Shown in pieces: positions 55,322 to 64,000 of a stretch of DNA of 64,000 bases. This DNA is from an uncultured Clostridia bacterium (GTDB lineage: Bacteria > Bacillota > Clostridia > Christensenellales > CAG-917), in the NCBI GenBank assembly GCA_934233745.1, contig CAKQGN010000005.1:37257-101256 (forward strand), given 5' to 3'. Position numbers and translations under genes: made by a program. Position 1 is the first letter of the stretch. The number at the start of each line of letters is the position of its first letter. Below the pieces are notes generated by a model, which was not told the origin of the DNA, did not search any database, and was given only the letters and a program-made list of their open reading frames with translations.

Positions 55322-55570
55322 ATGGTTAAACTTAGACTCACCAGAATGGGCGCAACAAAAGCTCCTTTCTATCGTATCGTTGCAATGGATTCTCGCAAGG
55401 CAAGAGACGGCAAGTACATCGATCAAATCGGTTTCTACAATCCCGTTTCCGAACCCAAGCAAATCGTTATTGACGCCGACAAAGCAAAAGAATGGCTCGC
55501 AAAAGGCGCACAACCCACCGATACTGTTATGGGCTTGCTCATCTCTCAAGGCATCGTCGAGAAAAAGTAA
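55322..55570 (+). CDS. rpsP: 30S ribosomal protein S16
   Basis: [20 protein letters not shown]. Confidence 0.95.
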   Translation: MVKLRLTRMGATKAPFYRIVAMDSRKARDGKYIDQIGFYNPVSEPKQIVIDADKAKEWLAKGAQPTDTVMGLLISQGIVEKK

Positions 55571-55582
55571 TTGGTGACGACA

Positions 55583-55822
55583 ATGATTGAATTGGTCGAA
55601 TATCTTGTTTCCTCTCTCGTTCCCGACGGAGATTATACCGTCGAGCAAAGAGATGCAGGCAATGCAAACGACATCGTTATCACTATTGCGAAAAAGGACA
55701 TCGGCAAGATTATCGGCAAGCAGGGCAGAATTGCAAAAGCAATCCGCACTCTCGTCAAATCCGCAAGTTCGAAGAGCAACGTGAGATACAACGTTGTCAT
55801 CGAAGAAAAAGATGAAATCTGA
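55583..55822 (+). CDS. khpA: KH-domain RNA-binding protein KhpA (YlqC)
   Basis: GGTGA RBS. KH GXXG loop IGKIIGKQGRIAKAIR. Conserved position between rpsP and rimM. Confidence 0.75.
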   Translation: MIELVEYLVSSLVPDGDYTVEQRDAGNANDIVITIAKKDIGKIIGKQGRIAKAIRTLVKSASSKSNVRYNVVIEEKDEI

Positions 55823-56315
55823 ATTGACAATCGGCAAGGTGCTTAAACCGCGCGGACTTAAAGGAGAAATTAAAATCGAGATTTACTCCTCCGATTCCGC
55901 ACGGTTTTGTCACCTTAAAAAACTAAAAATCGATTCTGTCGAGTATGATGTAAAACATATATCCCCCGAAGGAAATGTCGGATATGTGACTTTGTGCGGA
56001 ATCGATTCGGTTGAAAAAGCCGAACTTTTGCGTGGAAAACTCATCACGGCAAGTCGAAACGACCTTCCCAAACTCCCCGACGGAAAGTACTATATCGTCG
56101 ATATGATAGGGCTTGACGTCGTGGTGGCAGGCGATGTTATAGGCGAAGTTTGCGATGTTTTGCAATATGGCTCTTGCGATGTTTACGTCGTCAAAAACAG
56201 CGACAGTTCGCTATCCTTTCCCGCAATTGACAACCTTATTAAAGAAGTCGATTTGCAAAACGGAAAAATGATTCTCGACGACAGGATTTTTCCGCGCGTG
56301 GTGGTGTACAACTGA
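55812..56315 (+). CDS. rimM: 16S rRNA processing protein RimM
   Basis: IGKVLKPRGLKGEIKI N-terminal PRC-barrel family motif. The start overlaps the khpA stop. Confidence 0.85.
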   Translation: MKSELTIGKVLKPRGLKGEIKIEIYSSDSARFCHLKKLKIDSVEYDVKHISPEGNVGYVTLCGIDSVEKAELLRGKLITASRNDLPKLPDGKYYIVDMIGLDVVVAGDVIGEVCDVLQYGSCDVYVVKNSDSSLSFPAIDNLIKEVDLQNGKMILDDRIFPRVVVYN

Positions 56316-56316
56316 T

Positions 56317-57036
56317 ATGAAGTTCGATGTATTGACAATATTTCCCGATTATTTCGATATCCTGAATCAAAGTCTGCTCGGCAAGGCAATCGACTCGGGA
56401 AAATTCGACGTGGAAATAACCAATATTCGCGACTTTTCAAAGGATAAACACCTCAAAACCGACGACACGCCTTACGGTGGCGGCGCGGGGATGGTTATGA
56501 CTCCCGATCCGATTGTGAGCGCGATCGAGGCGGTTGATCCGAATCATGAGGCGTGGCGTGTTTACATGTCCCCACGCGGCACCAAACTGTGCCAAAACAA
56601 AGTGGAAAACCTTGCAAAAGAGCAGAGAATACTCATTTTGTGCGGCGACTACGAGGGCGTTGACCAACGCGCGCTGGACATCTGTATAGACGAGGAGTTG
56701 TCGATCGGAGATTATGTGCTTACCGGCGGAGAACTGCCCGCACTTGTTGTCATCAACTCCGTTGCAAGATACCTTGACGGCGTTTTGGGATGTGACGAAT
56801 CGACAAAAGAGGAGAGTTTTTCAAACGGGCTTTTGGAATATCCTCACTACACTCGCCCCGAAGTTTACAGGGGACGGAGTGTGCCCGAAGTATTGCTTGG
56901 CGGCAATCACAAGGACATTGCAAAGTGGAGGGAAGAAAAATCTCTTGAAATCACAATGAAAAATCGCCCCGACTTGTTTAAGGACGCCGATTTGAAATTG
57001 TATCTGCCGAAAAAGAAGAAAAAACACCGTCGCTAA
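56317..57036 (+). CDS. trmD: tRNA (guanine37-N1)-methyltransferase
   Basis: MKFDVLTIFP, YGGGAGMVM, GDYVLTGGELPA. Confidence 0.95.
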   Translation: MKFDVLTIFPDYFDILNQSLLGKAIDSGKFDVEITNIRDFSKDKHLKTDDTPYGGGAGMVMTPDPIVSAIEAVDPNHEAWRVYMSPRGTKLCQNKVENLAKEQRILILCGDYEGVDQRALDICIDEELSIGDYVLTGGELPALVVINSVARYLDGVLGCDESTKEESFSNGLLEYPHYTRPEVYRGRSVPEVLLGGNHKDIAKWREEKSLEITMKNRPDLFKDADLKLYLPKKKKKHRR

Positions 57037-57049
57037 CCGACGGTTTTTT
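57026..57049 (+). terminator. intrinsic terminator overlapping the trmD stop
   Basis: ACCGTCG-CTAAC-CGACGGT followed by a T-run. Confidence 0.55.
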
Positions 57050-57178
57050 GAACAATTGCGGACTTTGAATAGTTTGCAAAAAACTTGCACGGGAATTTTT
57101 GCGCCAAAGGGTATTTGACTTGCGGCAAAAATCAAAAATATACCGTGTTAGAATATCGAAAACTACTTACGAGGCTCT

Positions 57179-58036
57179 ATGAACATTCAATGGTTTCCCG
57201 GTCATATGACAAAGGCGATTCGCATGATGGAGGACAACCTCAAACTTGTGGACGCGCTCATCTACGTCATCGACGCAAGAGCGGTCTATTCGTGCGACAA
57301 TCCGCTTTTCAACAAACTTTTGCAGGGCAAGAGGGTGCTTTACGTATTCAACAAGTGCGACCTTGTTGAAAAAAGCGACCTCGATTTGTGGTGCAAAGAG
57401 TTCGATAGACAGGGGAAACTGTATGTGAAAGCAATCGGTACGTCCGGCGATTGCTCGCAAATCGTGGCAGGACTTAAAAAAGTCGTTGCCGACAAAATCG
57501 AAAAATACGCTCAAAAGGGCGCGAATATATCCGTTCGAGCAATGGTTGTGGGTGTACCCAATAGCGGAAAATCCACAATTATCAACTCGATGGTGAAAAA
57601 AGCAAAAGCGGTGACGGGGGACAGACCCGGCGTGACGCGCGGAAAGCAATGGTTATCTATTGACAACGTTGACTTTTTGGACACTCCGGGCACGCTGTGG
57701 GGCAAGTTTGACGACCAAAAGGTTGCGCACCATCTTGCGTATATCGGCTCGATACGAGAGGATATACTCGATGTCGGCGAGCTTTGTTTCGACTTTATCG
57801 ACGAGATGAAAGCGTTATATCCCGATTCCATCAGAAACCGCTATAATATCGAAGAACTCGCAGAGGAAACTCTCGATGTTTTCGAGCAAATCGCAACGGC
57901 GAGAGGATTTAAGCTCAAAGGCAATCAACCCGATTACGAGCGGACGGCAAAGACGGTTATCGACGATTTCAGAAAGGGGAAACTGGGCAAAATTATGCTC
58001 GAAAAACCAAAAAAAACCATGCTTTCTGACAAATAA
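57179..58036 (+). CDS. rbgA: ribosome biogenesis GTPase A (YlqF/RbgA, circularly permuted GTPase)
   Basis: MNIQWFPGHMTKA, NKCDL before GVPNSGKST (permuted order), DTPG. Confidence 0.9.
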   Translation: MNIQWFPGHMTKAIRMMEDNLKLVDALIYVIDARAVYSCDNPLFNKLLQGKRVLYVFNKCDLVEKSDLDLWCKEFDRQGKLYVKAIGTSGDCSQIVAGLKKVVADKIEKYAQKGANISVRAMVVGVPNSGKSTIINSMVKKAKAVTGDRPGVTRGKQWLSIDNVDFLDTPGTLWGKFDDQKVAHHLAYIGSIREDILDVGELCFDFIDEMKALYPDSIRNRYNIEELAEETLDVFEQIATARGFKLKGNQPDYERTAKTVIDDFRKGKLGKIMLEKPKKTMLSDK

Positions 58037-58206
58037 TCTCTATCGAACAAACAAAAGCGAATTGTAGTAAATATTCGATTAGAATACCGAAAATATAACT
58101 TGAGCAATGCAAATCGATTGTTTAAGTAAGACAATCCGATTTGAAATGTCGAAGAATACGATATATCAAAACGGCTTGTTGCGCCAATCGCACAAAGGAT
58201 AAAATT

Positions 58207-58815
58207 ATGTTTGATCCGAAAGAATTGATGACATATGAAACCCGGCTCCGTGAAAAAGGCTATCGCTATATTTGCGGCGTTGACGAGGTGGGCAGAGGTC
58301 CGCTTGCCGGTCCCGTCACATGTACGGCGGTGATTATGGACCTTGACGATCTTATCGTTGGGGTAAACGATAGCAAAAAAGTGAGCAAAGGCAAGCGCGA
58401 AAAACTTTTCGATGTCATTTTGTCAAAAGCCGTTGCCGTATCCACCGTATCCTATTCACCCGAAAAAATCGACGAAATGAATATTTTGAACGCAACAAAG
58501 GCTTGCATGCGTGACGCAATCATGTCGCTTTCGGTAAATCCCGATATTGTTATTGTCGACGCACTGCAACTTGATATTCCTTATAAAACATTCGGAATAA
58601 TTCACGGCGACGCGCTCTCGTATTCCATAGCGTCCGCTTCTATTGTCGCAAAAGTGACGAGGGACAGATATATGGAAAACATGGCAAAAACATATCCGCA
58701 ATACGATTTCGAGCATAACATGGGCTATGGCACCGCAAAACATATTGCCGCGCTCAAAGAGTTTGGCGCAACCCCCATTCATCGCAGGTCTTTTATAGGA
58801 AACTTTGTGAAATGA
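58207..58815 (+). CDS. rnhB: ribonuclease HII
   Basis: GVDEVGRGPLAGPV, DSKK, catalytic-region motifs. Confidence 0.9.
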   Translation: MFDPKELMTYETRLREKGYRYICGVDEVGRGPLAGPVTCTAVIMDLDDLIVGVNDSKKVSKGKREKLFDVILSKAVAVSTVSYSPEKIDEMNILNATKACMRDAIMSLSVNPDIVIVDALQLDIPYKTFGIIHGDALSYSIASASIVAKVTRDRYMENMAKTYPQYDFEHNMGYGTAKHIAALKEFGATPIHRRSFIGNFVK

Positions 58816-59279
58816 ATACGAGACTTGCAGGTGACATAGGCGAAAAAATCGCCGTCGATTATCTTGAAAAAGAAGGGTATAGAATTCTCGAGCGCAACGC
58901 AACGTATTGCGATTGCGAAGTCGATGTCATTTGCGAATGTTATATCGATGAAAACGGCAATCTAATCAAACAAAATGCGTATAACCGATTTGTTTTGTTT
59001 GTGCATAGACTTCTTAAGATTCAACCGCTTGAAAAAGGTGAGAGAACGATTGTTTTCGTAGAAGTCAAAACAAGATGCGACTTAGGGTTCGGAACACCCG
59101 AAGAAGCCGTTACGCCTTATAAGGCAGGACGTTATGTTACGGCGGCAAAGTCATATCTGTCGCAAAAACACATCTGCGGCGCGAATGTACGATTCGACAT
59201 AATCGCAATAGACGACGAAGGCATACGCCATATCGAGAACGCTTTTAACGAAAACGACGCAAAATACGCGAGAAAATAG
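58812..59279 (+). CDS. yraN: YraN-family (UPF0102) endonuclease-like protein with an internal insertion
   Basis: GEKIAVDYLEKEGYRILERN, EVDVICE, VFVEVKTR, RFDIIAI. About 35 extra residues lie between the second and third motifs. Confidence 0.8.
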   Translation: MNTRLAGDIGEKIAVDYLEKEGYRILERNATYCDCEVDVICECYIDENGNLIKQNAYNRFVLFVHRLLKIQPLEKGERTIVFVEVKTRCDLGFGTPEEAVTPYKAGRYVTAAKSYLSQKHICGANVRFDIIAIDDEGIRHIENAFNENDAKYARK

Positions 59280-59371
59280 TGCAAAAATCGAGGAAAACAT
59301 TAAAAAGTCAGATTTTTCCGATTTTATTTGAAATTTTGCTTGTTTAATATTTTTATTTATGATAATATAAC

Positions 59372-59436
59372 ACGCGTGACTCGGATGTTCCGCCGAACAA
59401 GAGACGCTTGTCGTGAACATCGCGCAAATACAGGAG
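59372..59436 (+). promoter_or_regulatory. structured 5' leader of rplS (candidate L19 autoregulatory leader)
   Basis: Extended -10 TGATAATAT at 59360-59368. Nested stems CGCG/CGCG, GATGTTC/GAACATC and ACAAG/CTTGT end just before the AGGAGG RBS. Confidence 0.35.
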
Positions 59437-59443
59437 GTCAAAA

Positions 59444-59782
59444 ATGAACATTATCGACACAATCGAAAGAGAAGGCATGAAACAAAACTTGCCTGCAATC
59501 GCAATCGGCGACACCGTCAACGTAAACGTCAAAGTCGTTGAAGGAACGAGAGAGCGTATCCAAACCTACACGGGCATCGTTATCGCAAAGAAGAACGGCG
59601 GCATCCGTGAAACCATTGTCGTTCGTCGTATCGCATGCGGCGTCGGCGTTGAAAGAACGTTCCCGCTTCATTCACCGAAGATTGACAGCATTCAGGTTGT
59701 CCGTCACGGCAAAGTCAGACGCGCAAAACTCTATTACTTGAAAGAAAGAACCGGTAAAGCTGCAAAACTCAAAGAAGTTTAA
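59444..59782 (+). CDS. rplS: 50S ribosomal protein L19
   Basis: [52 protein letters not shown]. Confidence 0.95.
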   Translation: MNIIDTIEREGMKQNLPAIAIGDTVNVNVKVVEGTRERIQTYTGIVIAKKNGGIRETIVVRRIACGVGVERTFPLHSPKIDSIQVVRHGKVRRAKLYYLKERTGKAAKLKEV

Positions 59783-59813
59783 TTGCCGAATCCGATTTTT
59801 TTAGAGGAACACA

Positions 59814-61958
59814 ATGAAAAGAAAAACATTTTTCATAGGTGCATTAGTGCTGGTATTCGTACTGGCACTTTTCGCATTTACGGCATGTAACAATGCAGAG
59901 AGCGAAGAAGGTGTAAACCTCGTCACAAACGGCGATTTTTCATCCTTTACGTCCGAAAACAAGTTTGAAGGCTGGTCAACGTCCTCATCGAGCACTACTT
60001 TTGCAAAGGTGCAACGTTCCGACTCCGAAACGGGGGACAACGTTCTCAAAATCGAGAATAAGTCGGCAGGTTACAACTATCTCAAACAGACGGTAAAAGT
60101 CGAAGTCAACAAGATATACAAAGTGACCGTCGACATGAAGATTGACGCAGAACTTTCAAACAAACAAGGCGCATATGTGTCGTTTTTGGAAAACGTGGAA
60201 TACAAGTTTGTCGCCCGTTCGCAGAAAACCAACGGTTTTGTAAAAAGCACATTCTATGTCAAGCCGAAAAACACCGACTATCTCACCGTTGCGTTGTGCA
60301 TCGGCTCAACCGAGAACAACTGCAAAGGCACGGTTTATTTTGACAACGTCAACGTGTCAAGAGTGAGTTCGGTTCCCGATGGGTTCGAACTTGTCAATTT
60401 CAGAAAGGCAAAAACCGTCAACACCAGTGCCGACGTCAACGGCATATGTTTCACGGTGCTTATGAGCTTGTTCTCAGTTGCATTGCTTGCTTTCGCGTAT
60501 GTGCTTATTAGACGCTTGTATGCAAGAAAAGACGCTTTTACCGATTTCGGCAAAACAACGGTTTTTGACAAAAAGACAACGACTTTCACTGCAAAGTGGT
60601 ATCAGTCCGACGCGTTTATCGTTTCTATGATATTGCTCGGCGCGGCTGCGATTCGCCTCGTGATTTTGCTCACTATGTACGGCATGGGAAGCGAAATGAC
60701 AAACGTTCTTTCCGTTGCGAGAAAGTACCTCGGAGTGAACAACGGCGTTTTCGACTTTGCAAAGAAGATGACGTCTGCAGGCAATACGGTGACATATTCG
60801 CCAGGGGTGATTTACATCTTGTCCGTTCTCGGCTTCATCGGTCAGGGCTTGGACGACGCATCGCTTTCGATACTTCTTCGTCTTATCAACGTCGTTGCGG
60901 ATTTGGCAGTGATCGTCATGATATACTTCTATGGCAAAAAGCAGGTTGGAAACAAACTTGCGACAATTTATGCAAGCGTATACGCAATGCTCCCGTTTGC
61001 TCTTATGATGAGCGGACACACCGCAACTTTTGAAAGCCTTTTGGTTGCTCTTATAGTCGGTGCGCTCATTCTTATGATCAACAAGAAGTATATTTCGACC
61101 TATTTTGTGATGACGCTTGCCGCCGTACTCGATTTGAGAGCGTTGGCAATCGCACCGATTGTCGTTGCATACTTCGTGTACATGTACATCAAAGACAACG
61201 ATGACAAGAAGAAGTTTACATCCAACAGAGCCAAAATCGTATTCGGTTTGCCGGCATGCTTCGTGCTTGCTTATGCGCTTACCATTCCTTGCGCGATTCA
61301 GCAAATAGCGGCAGGCGACGCATTTTTCGGCTTCAAGTTGATGATGGGACAGATGACCAACGTCAACTATTTTGTCAAGGACGCTTTCAACCTCTACGGC
61401 ATGGTGGGTATGAACGGAAAGTCCTCTCAACAAAGCGTCAACATCCTCAACCTTATCTTCCTCTTGGTGCTTGAAGCGTATGTCATATCGTTGTATTTCA
61501 AGAATCGCAACAAGCAAGAACTCTTGCTTCTTGCTTCATTCACGCTTGCGGTGATTGCGGTGTTCACAATCAAGGTGACATACACCTATTTGTTCCTTGC
61601 GATCGCGCTTGCGTTCATCTTCACGATGGTGAGCGGCGACAAGAGAATGTACTTTGTCACAAGCGGAATGTCCTTGCTCGGATTCCTCAACTACGCACAG
61701 CTTATGAACCAAAGCGGTTTTGTCAAGAGCGGTGTGATTTCGAGCGCAATAACGAGCTTCGAAACCACGGGTGCATTCTATATCACGTTCTGCGTGCTTA
61801 GCGTGATACTTATCGGCTACTATGCGTACGTAAGCTATTCGATTACGAACAATTCCAAGATTGTCGACATAAAAGCTATGCCGGAATCTTTTGGAGCGAC
61901 TCTGAAAAGTTTCTTCAAAGGCGTCGGCGCAAAACTTAAAAAAGAAGATGTTGAATAA
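59814..61958 (+). CDS. predicted lipoprotein with a CBM-like ectodomain fused to a polytopic GT-C-like membrane domain
   Basis: Lipobox LALFAFTAC. Beta-rich domain NLVTNGDFS..EGWS..VLKIEN..TVYFDNVNVSRV resembles carbohydrate-binding modules. At least 12 hydrophobic helices follow. Confidence 0.55.
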   Translation: MKRKTFFIGALVLVFVLALFAFTACNNAESEEGVNLVTNGDFSSFTSENKFEGWSTSSSSTTFAKVQRSDSETGDNVLKIENKSAGYNYLKQTVKVEVNKIYKVTVDMKIDAELSNKQGAYVSFLENVEYKFVARSQKTNGFVKSTFYVKPKNTDYLTVALCIGSTENNCKGTVYFDNVNVSRVSSVPDGFELVNFRKAKTVNTSADVNGICFTVLMSLFSVALLAFAYVLIRRLYARKDAFTDFGKTTVFDKKTTTFTAKWYQSDAFIVSMILLGAAAIRLVILLTMYGMGSEMTNVLSVARKYLGVNNGVFDFAKKMTSAGNTVTYSPGVIYILSVLGFIGQGLDDASLSILLRLINVVADLAVIVMIYFYGKKQVGNKLATIYASVYAMLPFALMMSGHTATFESLLVALIVGALILMINKKYISTYFVMTLAAVLDLRALAIAPIVVAYFVYMYIKDNDDKKKFTSNRAKIVFGLPACFVLAYALTIPCAIQQIAAGDAFFGFKLMMGQMTNVNYFVKDAFNLYGMVGMNGKSSQQSVNILNLIFLLVLEAYVISLYFKNRNKQELLLLASFTLAVIAVFTIKVTYTYLFLAIALAFIFTMVSGDKRMYFVTSGMSLLGFLNYAQLMNQSGFVKSGVISSAITSFETTGAFYITFCVLSVILIGYYAYVSYSITNNSKIVDIKAMPESFGATLKSFFKGVGAKLKKEDVE

Positions 61959-61976
61959 GAAATTACACATTACATC

Positions 61977-62006
61977 AAAAAGGACACTCTGCGGAGTGTC
62001 CTTTTT
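61977..62006. terminator. bidirectional intrinsic terminator
   Basis: AAAAAGGACACTC-TGCG-GAGTGTCCTTTTT. Confidence 0.7.
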
Positions 62007-62090
62007 GATGTTGTTTAACAAATTATATACGCAAATCGGTGTTGACCAAAGATATGTTTGTCAAAATATTTTTTAGATAAAAAATATCGG

Positions 62091-62906
62091 TCAACGATTT
62101 GAAGGTAGATTCTTTTCAGGACATCTGAACGGCATAAATCTGCCTGCGAGGCTGTCCATGAGGGCAATGTCCATATCCTCGAAAATAACGTTGTTTGCGT
62201 ATTCCGTGGCGTCGTCGAGAGTTTCTTGCGATTTGACCGTCCAAGTGAGAATGGGCAGTTTTTTGCTCCATTTTATCAGCCACTTGTTTTTTGGAAGAGT
62301 TTTGTTGAGGGCGCGCACGTCGTATGCGATAAAATCCGGGCGTGTGATTCTTGCTATCCAAAGTTTGCCCATGAAGTCTGTTGCCCACCATCTGTTGTGT
62401 TTTCCGTCGGGGGAGCACCATGTGCAGAGTTCTCCAACCGCGTAGTCCGAATGGCGTTTTGCGTAAAGTACCGCTCCGAAATCGAAGGATTGAAGGGCGA
62501 TGTTGCCTTTGTAGCCAACTTCATTCAAAACTTTTATTGTTTCTCTGGCGATACGGTGATTGAAAGGATTGACGCCTTTAATCTCGCAAAGTATGCCGAC
62601 TTTTCCGTCCACGAGAGCGAGAAACTCTTTGAGGGTGGGTATCGTAAATTCGGTGTTTGCGAGAGGGTAGGATTTGAGTTCCTTTACGGTGCAGTCTTTG
62701 ACAAGTTTGTCCACTCCGCAAACTCTTTTCAAATTATCGTCGTGAAAGACAACCACTTCGCCGTCTTTTGTGACGTGCACATCGATTTCGATGTTGAAGT
62801 TGTGCGCTATCGCTTGTTCGTAAGCGGGCATGCTGTTTTCCGGATATTGATCGTCATGCAAACCGCGATGTGCGATAGGTCTGTCGAAAAGCCATTGAAA
62901 ATTCAT
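62091..62906 (-). CDS. glycerophosphodiester phosphodiesterase family protein
   Basis: IAHRGLHD, ENSMPAYEQA, EIDVHVTKDGEVVVFHDDNLKR. GGGGG-containing RBS precedes ATG 62906. Confidence 0.85.
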   Translation of the reverse strand: MNFQWLFDRPIAHRGLHDDQYPENSMPAYEQAIAHNFNIEIDVHVTKDGEVVVFHDDNLKRVCGVDKLVKDCTVKELKSYPLANTEFTIPTLKEFLALVDGKVGILCEIKGVNPFNHRIARETIKVLNEVGYKGNIALQSFDFGAVLYAKRHSDYAVGELCTWCSPDGKHNRWWATDFMGKLWIARITRPDFIAYDVRALNKTLPKNKWLIKWSKKLPILTWTVKSQETLDDATEYANNVIFEDMDIALMDSLAGRFMPFRCPEKNLPSNR

Positions 62907-62989
62907 GCTTAACCCCCGTATTTTCATAACATTTTGTTGATAAAATTTTATTATTCAATTATAATAAAGTCAATAGTTTTCAAAATTTA

Positions 62990-63023
62990 TTGCATTTTTT
63001 TGCGAATTTTCAAAAAAATGCAA
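62990..63023. repeat. 12-bp A/T-rich perfect inverted repeat just upstream of lepA
   Basis: TTGCATTTTTTT-GCGAATTTTC-AAAAAAATGCAA. Confidence 0.8.
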
Positions 63024-63037
63024 GCTACGAGGGTAAA

Positions 63038-64000
63038 TTGAGCAAGAAACATATACGCAATTTTTCCATAATCGCGCACATCGACCACGGCAAAAGTACT
63101 CTTGCCGACAGGCTCATCGAAAAGACGGGTACTGTTTCCGCACGTGAAATGAGCGAGCAACTTCTCGACAATATGGAAATCGAGAAAGAGAGAGGAATAA
63201 CCATCAAGTTGCAAACGTGCAGACTGTATTATCAATACAACGGCGAGGAATATATTTTCAACCTTATCGATACTCCCGGTCACGTCGATTTTACATACGA
63301 AGTTTCGCGCTCTTTGGCAGCGTGCGAGGGCGCATTGCTTGTTGTTGACGCAACCCAGGGCGTAGAGGCTCAAACGCTGTCCAACGTCTATCTTGCCCTT
63401 GAAAACGACCTTGAAATTTTGCCTGTTATCAACAAAATAGATCTCGCATCTGCCGATGTAGATGCCGTAAAACTCGAAATCGAAGACATCATCGGTCTGG
63501 ATACCGACGGCTGTCCGCTGGTATCGGCAAAAGAGGGCATAGGCATAGACAACCTTATAGAGCAAATCATTGAGAAACTTCCTGCTCCCGGCGGTGAGGA
63601 CAACGCTCCGTTAAAAGCACTCATTTTCGACAGTTTTTACGACAATTATCGTGGCGCAATATCCATGGTTCGCATCATGGACGGCACGGTAAGAGTGGGC
63701 GATACGATAAAAATGATGTCGTCAGGCAAAACGTTCGAAGTCGTCGAAGTAGGATATTTTTCACCCGGAATGCGTCCTTGCGACGTTTTAAGCTCCGGCG
63801 AGGTCGGATATATTGCCGCAAGCATAAAAAATGTCAGCGACACGGCTGTGGGCGACACTATAACCAATGCGCAAAATCCCGCAAAAGAGGCGCTTCCCGG
63901 ATATAAAAAAGCAACCCCGATGGTTTATACGGGCGTTTTCCCTGCGGACGGCGCAAGATACGATGACCTCAAAGAAGCTCTTTTGAAATTGCAACTCAAC
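63038..64000 (+). CDS. lepA: translation elongation factor 4 (LepA), N-terminal 321 aa; continues beyond the window
   Basis: Absent from the ORF track because there is no stop in the window. TTG start after [41 protein letters not shown]. Confidence 0.9.
   Translation, partial: MSKKHIRNFSIIAHIDHGKSTLADRLIEKTGTVSAREMSEQLLDNMEIEKERGITIKLQTCRLYYQYNGEEYIFNLIDTPGHVDFTYEVSRSLAACEGALLVVDATQGVEAQTLSNVYLALENDLEILPVINKIDLASADVDAVKLEIEDIIGLDTDGCPLVSAKEGIGIDNLIEQIIEKLPAPGGEDNAPLKALIFDSFYDNYRGAISMVRIMDGTVRVGDTIKMMSSGKTFEVVEVGYFSPGMRPCDVLSSGEVGYIAASIKNVSDTAVGDTITNAQNPAKEALPGYKKATPMVYTGVFPADGARYDDLKEALLKLQLN

Noticed and set aside
60474-61517. 347-aa minus-strand ORF antisense to the GT-C-like membrane protein
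   Set aside because: H/R/C-rich junk translation. The + strand frame has coherent TM helices and a signal peptide.

Overview
This 64-kb window looks like core chromosome of a moderate-GC, spore-forming Firmicute, probably Clostridia-like. All assignments rest on reading the ORF-track translations and the DNA by eye; no searches were run.

About 56 protein genes are supported, mostly on the + strand. Gene content echoes the Bacillus ylb and ylx/ylq neighbourhoods:
- rsmD-coaD, ylbJ, ylbM/tmcAL, rpmF, plsX, rnc, smc, ftsY, ylxM-ffh
- rpsP, khpA, rimM, trmD, rbgA, rnhB, yraN, rplS, lepA

Other housekeeping genes:
- Translation: valS, type-2 ileS, an EF-G paralog, rpsT
- Metabolism and cell wall: folD, pta-ackA, alr, murI
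- Sporulation: gpr

One possible metabolic cluster sits at about 12.7-20.7 kb. It holds an enoate-reductase-like flavoenzyme, an alkaline-phosphatase-superfamily protein, two-subunit aconitase X, an aminotransferase and an anion permease.

Two RNA genes were found by hand, both on the minus strand: a large Bacillus-type SRP RNA (31880-32152) and tRNA-Gly(CCC) (34359-34432). No CRISPR array, transposase, integrase or phage genes were seen.

The most unusual content is non-coding:
1. A family of ~110-nt long-hairpin elements sits directly after the stop codons of the EF-G paralog, rpmF and ftsY. The flanking boxes are conserved and the stems show compensatory changes.
2. Two oversized gaps, rpmF-plsX (~745 bp) and smc-ftsY (~840 bp), are built from hairpin modules. 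These include a ~250-bp unit duplicated with a 444-bp period and arrays of GATAT-anchored mini-hairpins whose stems all differ.
3. Four copies of the exact parS half-site lie in the smc promoter region, but none forms a contiguous parS.

Protein-level oddities are an in-frame RsmD-CoaD fusion, an RNA polymerase alpha-CTD-like domain fused to WG repeats, and a lipoprotein/CBM-like ectodomain fused to a polytopic GT-C-like membrane domain.
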